A DNA stretch of 64,000 nucleotides, from positions 4,154,001 through 4,218,000 of the forward strand of contig CM120645.1 in NCBI GenBank assembly GCA_051362555.1. Reading direction: 5' to 3'. How positions within the stretch are numbered: position 1 is the first letter of the stretch; every line of letters starts with the position of its first letter. Below, piece after piece: positions 54,294 through 64,000 of this stretch. This DNA is from Lingula anatina (Eukaryota; Animalia; Brachiopoda). Below the pieces are notes generated by a model that made no database searches, was not told the DNA's origin, and saw only the letters and a program-made list of their open reading frames with translations. Position numbers and translations under genes: made by a program.

Positions 54294-55880
54294 AAGGTTT
54301 GAAATGTATACCTTTATAAATGTATACTAGTATGTTTATATTCCAAGAAAATCCCAGAATGAAGCGATTTTTAACACACACATACCAAAAGAATTCGTGA
54401 ACAGTTAATTAAATTGCAATTTGTAGCACTGTCGATTTGGATAAACGACCTTCATCTCATTGGTTATATTCAACAGAGTTTTCTTAGCTCGACAAGCCGA
54501 ACACAGAGAGATTGGCTTCAGGCCTACCCAACTACCAGCCTCGGCACCGCCTGATCTTGAATTCACCGGTAGATCGGACCACACTAGCCATTTTCAAGGT
54601 GCATATCTTCTGGGCTTTATCTTCTCCACATTTTACATTTCGCATTGTTTTCCGTTTTTACTTTATCTGTCCACTGTTGCACATCTAACGCACTGGCGCT
54701 GACGCTCGAGGTGTTCCTGTATACATCGCTCATGGTGTATATCTCACACATAATTAACCGCGCCATGCAACAACTATTCAGCGCGTGACTCGACGCAAGA
54801 GCGACTGAGTTTCAGAAAAGTTTTGAGATAATGTACATAAACTTCGAAATGAAATATAGGCAAAATGTCTGCATGCTTTTTAACGGATTTTAAATTCGTA
54901 CTATAAATGAAACGGAAAAAAATTCACCCTAAAAATGACGAACTTGATTTGTAGTCTCCCAAACAATTTTAGGTGCGTTTTGAAAATCCAAATAGAAACG
55001 GCACCTTATTAATAAAACAGGAGTAGATCCAGCTAGTCAAAATTCTAATTTCAAAAAGGAAATTTTAGTGTGATTTTTTCCAGAAACCGAAGGGGGGTGG
55101 GGTCAGGACCACTAAATCGGCCACTAAAAACAACTCATTTTTGATAAGTGCGCCCCTCTTAGTTCATCTTCTAATATTAATTTTTATGGACTGAACACAA
55201 ATATCTACTACAAATTGGTTGATATCAGCATCAGAAGTAGAGGATCACAAATAACGGTGTCAGGACCTAAAAAAAATAAAGACTTCGACCATAATTCTTT
55301 TTATAAAAAAAGTTTACAATCGCATAACGCATAGCACTGAATCCACTTGTGACATATTCAACGGGCCGTAGCATTTCGTGCAGTCAGTTACAGATTTAAG
55401 GGAAAAACATGCTTACGTTTAATTATGAAATACAAGTGTTTCAAAGGTATAGTTCGTTGGAAATGATAAGGTGAGTTCAGGATAGTTACTCGAGAGGGAA
55501 AGAAGTACATAATTACAGTTTCAGCTGAATGAAGGTCTCCTATCTAACTGTGAGAATAACGGCTTTAAAAATAAATAATGAATAAATAAATCAAAATTAC
55601 TTTGAATACAGCGCTCTAGGAGTGGATTCAAGTTTAAAACGTTTTTATGCCAAATGTTGTTTTTTTTTCAAATGAAGAATCAGAGCAGTGGCACACCCGT
55701 ACATGAAGAAGAGGACATAATTTCACATGGTCCTCCAGGGCTTTTAAAATTAAACTTTTAAAATGCCTGTGAAGTTGTAATCGATCTTTTTTCCATATAA
55801 ATTTCAACAAAGTTTCTCTGGGTCCCTACACAGGAACGAGGCTTTTGTACGGAGTATGCTCCCCAGACGATGGCCAGACT

Positions 55881-56782
55881 GTCTTATCTTGATATACTCT
55901 CTAACCCCCAACTGTGCATATTAGATCACGACAGAATCTAAACTTAGAACGTTGATATCTGACTGCACGTGACTGAAAGCATGCACTCGATCGAGTTTTA
56001 GATAAGCAACTACAATAACCGACGACTACAGGCGCGTAACCAGTACGCAATTCAAACAGCAAGGGGCATCTTGGATTTTCATGAAAAAGTGATGTGTATA
56101 TTTTGCGTATTTTACACTTTTTGAAGCAATGCAGCACATTGGATTGATGCATCATTTACGTTCATTACGTATTTAATGATAAATTCAATTTCGAGAGTTT
56201 CGCACCGATTAAAAAAAGTTTCACTTGCTCAAAGTAATAAGCCTATCCAGAAGGAGTGAGGGGGGGAAGGGCAAAGCACCCCCACCCCCACCCCCAGCTT
56301 CGGAATTATCCCCTTATAAGCTTTCTCCTTCTAGAAAAAAACTTGTAAATCGAAAACGAGACAAATACAATTACTTTTTCCACACGTCGGATACATGTGT
56401 CTCACATGTTATAATAGCAAAATAGGATTTTACCGTTTATTATGTTCTCCAGATGTTTAACTATCAGAAACTAATTTCCAAACCGGTCTTATCAAGATAT
56501 ACTCTCTAACCCTCAACTGTGCTGCACATATTAGATCTGGATAGAACCAAAACACAACATGTTGATATATGGCTGCACGTGACTGAAAGCATGTACCCGA
56601 TCAACTGAAAGATAAGAAGCTACAATAACCAACAGCCCCGGGTGTGTAAGCAGTACGCATTTGGAGCAATGAAGGGCATCTTTCATTGATGCATTCGGCT
56701 TATTTATCATCATTTTGAAGCTATACGGTGATCTGTATTCAGGTATAACTACGTATCATCATAATAGTATCAATTTCGAGAT
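55881..56782 (+). repeat. Diverged ~300-bp direct duplication (55881-56195 and 56487-56782)
   Basis: Shared GTCTTATC..GATATACTCTCTAACCC, TGCACGTGACTGAAAGCATG, CTACAATAACC, CAGTACGCA, CAATTTCGAGA in the same order. Confidence 0.8.
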
Positions 56783-59029
56783 TTAACTCTGACCTCCAGA
56801 AAACCGTCCAATTTCCCATGTCAGTGTACAATTCATTGGTAAAACTAAAGAGACAGACTTAAGGTGCATGCCCCTCTCTCTCTCTCTCTCTCTCTCTCCG
56901 CCACTCTTGTACCATCACATACATGTACACACACATTCGCGCACGTAGACGCAAGCACATTTCCAATAAACTTACCTTTGCGCTGTCATACCCCTTGACT
57001 TTTACAGATTACTGGAAACTGTTGAACATTGTTGTTGCCAGTATATAAAATTGAGAGGTATTTTCAAACTGGCAACACATTTCATATATAATAATTAATA
57101 ATAATAATATTATTAAACAGCCTCACCCTGGGTAATCATTTGTAATTTATCAAATAGTTTTCAGATTTATTTTTTACACAGCCTGAACAGCTCAGCCATT
57201 GTGTATGTCCAGACTTTGTGTGCCTGATAGTCGAGTATGTCACAATCCGCACATGCAGCGTAACCGGGGACAAATGCCAGTGACCTCCCACCCCCTATTC
57301 TGAGACATGGGGTATCTTAAATAATTACATGAAAATATGGTGGACCCGACGAACAAAAGATAAGAAAAAGAGTTTGCATCAGCCGCATATAAGATATAGA
57401 CTACGTATGTTAAAAAACAAAGGAAATTAAATATTATTATTATTACTTGCGAAAAAAAATCGCGAGAATATTGGCCTGCTGCTTTGTGTGTCTGTTATTA
57501 TGATTACTAATTCTAAGCACGTCTGTATTACCTGTTAAACTATGAACGTACTGTTATAGATTTTAACGGGGTTCTTTTCTCAAAATTAAAGACCTTTATG
57601 TGTCGCTTTGCTATTTAACGTTTTCCTATGTTGTCTGTTAGATTCTGAACAGCCGTCCGTACATGAGCCGGTGTAATGTGACAGACAGCCCTAGATTTCG
57701 TCCCACTTAGGTCAGGCTAAACCTAGCTAAATATTATGGAGGGCGGACTCTCTGTTACACGGGCCCTGAGTTTCGTTACACCGGCGTCCTGGCTGTGGGC
57801 AACAATGACCTTTGTTATTGTTAACCACACTTCCAGTGTTTCTTAACTTCTCTACCCAATGTGTGATTATCGCATGCCGATGTGGAATTTTTTTCCCGGG
57901 ATATTTACGTTAAGATTGCCTCTGAACGAGAGCAACAAAGTCGCAAAATACAGTGCCACAATCTTTGTCCTCTCTTCGGCAGAAAAAATGCTCGTCGTAA
58001 TCCATCTTTGTATCAAATAAAACTTACAGGTATACTCTGTAACACTCTTGAAAATGTGAACCTTTACTACATATGTACCTCCCTTTTATTGTGCTCCACC
58101 CTGTTCATTAAAGAGTCCATTAGGTGTCGATATAGTTATCTTTATTATAAAAGACATCTGATCTTATTAAAGACATCTGATCTTTCGATATTTCCTGTGT
58201 AAAATCCTTCAAATGTCCCTCTAAATTAAAAATATATCCTATAGAGAAAGTTGCATTAATGAATGACGCCACTCGTGATGCAGATATAATTAATCCATCA
58301 ATGTATCACCACCAAAATCTTATCGATTTTCAGTCAGCCAATTTCGCAGGCATCGTGATAATTTTTATTAAGATCCACATAAAACGTTTCTGGGTAAGAC
58401 TGCTAACTAGCAGGCCAACAAAAACAAAAAGGAAGCTCCTTGGTGGAGGCTATAAATACAATCAAATAAGAAGTCGCAAAACAAATAGGCCGTATTTTAT
58501 CAAAATGTAAGCACTTTGAATACTACACCAAGTGGATAGGCACACAGCTATTGCCAATATAGAATTTCGAAAACCTGATTTCGAACTGCTCACACATGCG
58601 TCTGCTGCGTGTACAATCGGTCAGGACGGATGGTCCACGCAGAACGGGCCGTACATGTGACACCGGTAAGTGCCAGCCGTGAGGTACTCGCCAAGATGGC
58701 GAGTTCTGAAAAATTAATTAAAGCTGTATACCTTGTTCACACACATAGATAGTCGCAAACTCGAAAACAAGAAAGGCCTGTTAAGTTGGTGCTTAAAGGG
58801 ATAACAACTGCTCCTAAGTTATTCATATTTCACAATAAATGCATTGTAAACAGCTCACAGAAATATAATAAATTCCATTTTAACTAACCATTGGTTAGTA
58901 TGGGCAAATTGTCCTTTACCCCAGGAAAATTCATCGATCTGTATATTAGTCCTATGAATAAGTCCTGCAAGTTTTAAAGCAAAATATGACACAGCCATCA
59001 TATTATCCGTGTAACGGTGGATAAAATAT

Positions 59030-59423
59030 GCTGAAAAAAAAACAACAAAAAATCACATCTTTTGTAAAAATGGTCCGATCTAGCTGATTTTCGAAGTCGA
59101 CCTGTATTTCAGTAAGATTGATCACTCCTATGAGTTTCAAGACAATCGGCATATAGGTTTACCTTAATAAAATTATAAAATGTGTTGTCAGTTTTGATAT
59201 ATGCTGAAAAAAGCAAATAAAACAGCATAACTGATCATGCTGATTTTGGAACTCTACCTGTATTTTATGAATATCCATCAGTTCCTTAAGTTTAAAGACA
59301 ATAGGTAAGACAGTTTCCACTTATCGTGTTAGCACTGAAAGAGCACGGCGACAGCGACGACGGCGACGGCCACGACAGACGCAGATGATGGCTTTATGTA
59401 CAAACACATCTGTACATAAAAAT

Positions 59424-59425
<2 letters not shown>
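59030..59425 (-). mobile_element. Diverged copy of the HINE-like element at 17495
   Basis: Reverse complement of the head (ATGTACA..CACATCTGTACATAAAAA, GACGGC repeats) and about two array units. Confidence 0.75.
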
Positions 59426-59488
<63 letters not shown>

Positions 59489-59495
59489 CATTTAC

Positions 59496-60147
59496 CTCCA
59501 ATACCTCTTACGAAATTCAAAAAACATGTCCCAGTCACTTCTGGATCATTGTTGGTGTGGCTCACCATAAGCCAATAAACTTCTGAAACCTTTAGTAAAT
59601 GAGATATTCAATCGTTTACATATGCAGTTATTATTATTTTTTTTTTTTTGGGGGGGGGGGCATTCAATGAATTTCTGATGGCCAATGTTAATACATAATG
59701 TATGCACATTTTTAATCCAGCTAAATATAAAACAACCTGACAGGTTTAATAACCTTAAAGCTTACCCATCTATAGCCCCATGTATTGTAAATTCAGAGTG
59801 TTTTAATTTATCATATCCATCAATATGTACAAGGTACTGAGAACCATTATTTGTGTAATCCCTGCGTCTTAATCCCTTTGGGGATCTTTGCTCCACACCT
59901 GCTGGGCCCATCAGCTACAGGAGCTTCATCACATTACACCTTAGCAGTTAAAGATTTTCAATAATTGTCGTTTTATCTTGTTTGCGCACTGCACAAATGA
60001 GCGCTTTTACTTGCAGAAAGTACAACAGCTTAGTGCAGAGCAGAAAAATTTCCTGTACCTTTGTACAGAAATACCATACTTTTTCTTCAGTCTGGAGCAC
60101 ATACCACGATAACCAGAACATCTGCCAGCTGCTCCTTCAAGTTCTTC
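59496..60147 (-). pseudogene. Intron-containing DDE integrase-core transposase remnant (IS3EU-like), three exons: 60147-60059, 59939-59766, 59589-59496
   Basis: EELEGAAGRCSGYRGMCSRLKKKYGISVQR / NVMKLL*LMGPAGVEQR...LRRRDY...HIDGYDKLKHSEFTIHGAIDG / WLMVSHTNNDPEV; GT-AG introns; one stop codon and one frameshift. Confidence 0.8.
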
Positions 60148-60257
60148 CTGTAAAGGTTTTATATCAGAACAGACTTTGAAAATGGATGTGCTTGTTTTTT
60201 TAGCTTATTTGATGGAAGGTAACAATTAGAGTAATAACGATAATAAATCTATTTTAA

Positions 60258-60599
60258 AGGGATAATAACTCTTCGTATGATATCTAATGTATATTTCACA
60301 ATAAAAACATTGTGAACAACTCATAGAAATATAATATATTCTGTTGTACAAGAAAAATGGCAGTTATAGCTATTATTCTGATATCTTAGCTTGTCTTCAG
60401 AGCACGTGACCTCCATTGATGGCTATACTCTGTTATAATCTCTTAAGAGATTTTAACAAAAAACCAAACTTTTTAGAAAAAAACCAGGGACTAACTTTGA
60501 ATGTAAAAATGGATTCATTAACCATTGGTAAGTATGGGAAAATTGTTGTTTACTCCAGGAAAATTCATTTTTTGGCCAAAACGAAGAGTTATTATCCCT
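60258..60599. mobile_element. TTAA-flanked MITE, copy of 5248-5553
   Basis: AGGGATAATAACTCTTCGT...ACGAAGAGTTATTATCCCT with TTAA on both sides. Confidence 0.85.
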
Positions 60600-60749
60600 T
60601 TAAGACTTAAATCTATTTCAAAGTTTTTAGCGACTTTACATTAAAGCAAGTACACAAAAGACATCTTCACAAGATTGTAGATAAAAAACGGCCTAGTTCT
60701 CGCATAAAAAAAAACAATTACAATTTTGATAATCAATAAACACAGCCTA

Positions 60750-61056
60750 GGGCCCCGTTCAGATCGGGAAGAGCCGAGTGCTAGCTAGGCCGCGACCTAA
60801 ATATGGCGGACCTTCATGAAAGGAAGACCGCTTAATCCTGTAATGGTATCTCCGCCTCTTACACGCCTCCCCACGCGTCGTCCCTGCAGGGGCACAGTAA
60901 TTAAATCTCGACTCAATTCAACCGGTCGAGATTCGACAGGTGGGGAGGCGTGTGAGAGGCAGAGAGACCAACACAGGGTTAAGCGGTCTTCCTTTCATGT
61001 AGGTCTGCCATATTTAGGTCGTGGCCTAGCTAGCACTCGGCTCTTCTCGATCTGAA
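60750..61056. mobile_element. Palindromic MITE with ~140-bp arms, distantly related to family C
   Basis: TTCAGATCG.GAAGAGCCGAGTGCTAGCTAGGCC... mirrored at the right end. Confidence 0.8.
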
Positions 61057-61252
61057 TTCTGACATAAAACCAATTTCAATTTAAGAAACCAATATTTATT
61101 AAATGCATGTTGCATCCTCTGTAATCATCCAAGCTTATAAACTGATTATTTGCAACAAGGCAATTAAACCCATTGAAAACCGTGGAAAAACATATCCGTA
61201 GCCTAACTATAACCTCTACCAGGGTCACAATTTATTTATGTACACTTTCTTA

Positions 61253-61430
61253 GACCCCATTTCCAGAGATTAGATCGATCTGCTTTAGATCGACCTAACT
61301 CCCTGGGGGGTTCACGCTAAATAGCTGTCAGCCGGGCGGACACGAAAGTTAATTACCCCCTTACAGCTTGTAGTAGGCGGGACGGACATTTAAGCCGGAT
61401 TATCTGACAGTAATCTAGTGAGACTCCCCG
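61253..61430 (-). mobile_element. MITE family A copy, truncated
   Basis: TTAATTACCCCCTTACAGCTT...GTGAGACTCCCC. Confidence 0.75.
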
Positions 61431-62569
61431 GTCGGATGGACGTAGCAGTAAAAATTAAAAGGGTAAAAAATAATAGTAAATAAAATTAATGCTGAAATCT
61501 AGGGCCCTTTCTGTGCAAAATACAAAAACAACCATGAAGCCCCCATGTGCCAAAGATCATTCTGCCTGTTTACCAAAAATTTCCAACTTAAAAACTGAGA
61601 CTCGCAATGTCTGTTTACAAATTCTCTGACCACGTTGTTAACATGTGCTTTCTAAGCACTGCCTATCCTAACATGCTTAAGTACACGTTTTCTCGACTGA
61701 ATATCGATCATTTTCCCCAAATAAAACGTGTTCGAGAGCTCGATGGAGTGAATCAATTACGCAGTGCCTGATCAATTATAATCCGAGCGATTTGCTAGTA
61801 CATGGATAAAGGTCAGTCACCAAAGGATTTTAGTGCCAAATATAAGGCATGATGAGCTTTAAAAATAATTGTTTATTTGAAACAACAGAAGTAAAATATT
61901 TCAAACTGCAGGGCAGTTGGCTGCGGTGTGTGCGCGCGCGTGTATGAGCGTGTGTTTAAGCGCGCTCGCGCGCGTGCATAGGATGGAGGATTCCATTTGA
62001 GGCTTTTCCCTTTCCCACAGTAATGATCAGCGCCTGGATGAGCATCACAACCGCCACTGGCAGAACGAACAAACTGCGAAAATGTATTGAAAGCCCACAA
62101 AGCATTTTTCTCGCCCTATGGCCCTGGGAATTTCAGTTTCGATCGATAGTGGGCAATCACAATTTCAATGCATGAGTTAGTAATGAAATAAAGATGGAAT
62201 ATTGTGATCTCAAATATATATATATATATATATATCCTAAAAATGAAAATTCGTTCAGGTGTGACGTGGTTAATGTTCTGTTTGAGTGAGTAAGTGGCAT
62301 TTATCACAAAGGGGTATCGTAAGAGCGAACTAGCAAAATACTTTTTCTCAGACCATTGCTAGCTCTTCTAGAATATTTGAGTAGTAGCAAATACTCCTTT
62401 TATGCATATAATTATTAGAAGAGTCACAACTATGTCCCTCTTTGGTGGCAGTGAGTCTAGGTTTATGTTTCTTTGTTTCTTTTTAGAAAAATGGAGCGCA
62501 GCATAAATTAATACAGACGTCCATGAACTTGGTTGCGTGCACCGAAACATCGCATCTTCTAAATTGAAT

Positions 62570-62603
<34 letters not shown>

Positions 62604-64000
62604 GAATCAGCAGAGTGCTGTAAGTACCCAGCATGAAACGCCGAAAACTAAGTCCAACGCACACAAGGACCTGGTTTCGTCTACTCAACCATGGAATTCC
62701 TCGATTCAACGTACAACCCACTTGGGAGGAAACATCTCTTGTTGAACATGAAAGATATCATTTTCAAATCAATTTGATTCGGTTGGCTCATCAATGTAAG
62801 AACGCCCCTGCACACACAAAATGTCAAAGCGCACCTGGTGGTGGAGACGGTATTCATATGTGGCCGCTGGTGTGCAGCGTTCCGTAACAACCTCAGCGTT
62901 CCTGCATCTTCATGTGCACGATATTCGGGGCCGTTTAAATTTCTAAAAATAGTTACTTAGTTCGAAAACGGGTCTTAACTTTTAAACCATACTTTTGACT
63001 ACTTCACACAAAATGAATCGGTAGTACCGTAGTAGTCTTGTGAAACAATCAAAATAAATAAATAAATAATAAACAAATATTGATTCAGTAACAGGGGATG
63101 TTTCATTGTCTTAGACCTATACTCGAAGTTGACTTTTTTCTTTGAAACCTCGCGTTTACATTGTTTAGATTGGGCTAGCCTTAAAATTTAGCAAAAGCAA
63201 GCTGGAAGCCTGTCAAGTTATGAACCAAGCCTTATAAGTGACTTGGATGCCCGTCCGTTATCAAACAGAGACAAACAACCGAGAAGATCCAGAAAGTACC
63301 GTACTGTCATTAAGTCTGGAAGGTAGGTTACGTAATGGAAGCCTTGCAGGACGGTTTGTAACCGCGCATGTTTTTGGTGAATAGCCAATCACTTTGGAGC
63401 ATCCCAATATAGATTTCGATACGTTTTCATAAACTAATACAAGTCTTCATTTACTTTGTTAATTCAAAACACCTGCAGCCATCAAAACGCGTAATTTTCA
63501 TCCCCCCCCCCCCCCCCCCACTTTTATTTACTTTATTAAGTATTCATAAAGTAAGTATCCATAAAAAGAAAAGAAAGAAAATTCTTTTTAAGAAATTAAA
63601 AATATACTTTATAATCGCTTGGTCTATTTTGAACTTGTTTAAAAAAAATAGGGGAAACAAAGCTATGCCTCTTACGTGTAAAGGGAAAAACAATATATTC
63701 CAAAATCACAGGGATATCACAAGTTTATGTTTTGTTTAGAGTTTTTTTCTTCTGTTCATAAGCGATTTTATCAAATCTATTTTAAAGATGCTAAAATAAG
63801 GATCTGCACAGTCTCTTATGAGCCTAGAAAACAATCTGGGTTCAAATGAAAACAAATTCATAAATGATCTCTGATATCGAACAAATGTAGTTCTTAAAAA
63901 ACTAAATTCTTTGTGAAGTTAAAGTCAGAACGAGTTCAAAGGCCACGTAGTGTGATTTTTCCTTTCAGGCAGCCAAACAAACACGTGCCGATGAAAATAG

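Noticed and set aside
61960-62105. Minus-strand signal-peptide-like reading MLCGLSIHFRSLFVLPVAVVMLIQALIITVG
   Set aside because: No clear donor site or downstream exon; runs into a microsatellite

Overview
This is AT-rich, intron-rich animal genomic DNA, not a prokaryote. The repeat and receptor types suggest a marine invertebrate, probably a lophotrochozoan or mollusc (inference). Most ORFs in the supplied track are spurious, so genes were rebuilt by hand from GT-AG sites and codon phase. Contents: (1) coding exons 2-8 of a G-alpha-i gene (+, 8588-22244; exon 1 lies upstream of the window). (2) A 5-exon type-I membrane protein (-, 34943-26608) that the ORF track shows only as fragments, with a 10-Cys ectodomain and a Tyr-motif-rich tail. 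(3) A decayed env-bearing LTR element inside intron 2 of that gene. (4) A class A GPCR with an intronless CDS (-, 37264-38334). (5) Two paralogous secreted 'YYP' genes (+, 46203-52454). The second appears to use mutually exclusive exons to make either a 91-aa basic Tyr/Pro peptide or a 547-aa protein with about 17 [10 protein letters not shown] repeats resembling EAK16/RAD16-II self-assembling peptides. (6) An intron-containing DDE transposase pseudogene (-, ~59.5-60.1 kb). (7) Many MITEs, Helentron-like elements and minisatellites. No database searches were possible, so novelty claims are untested.
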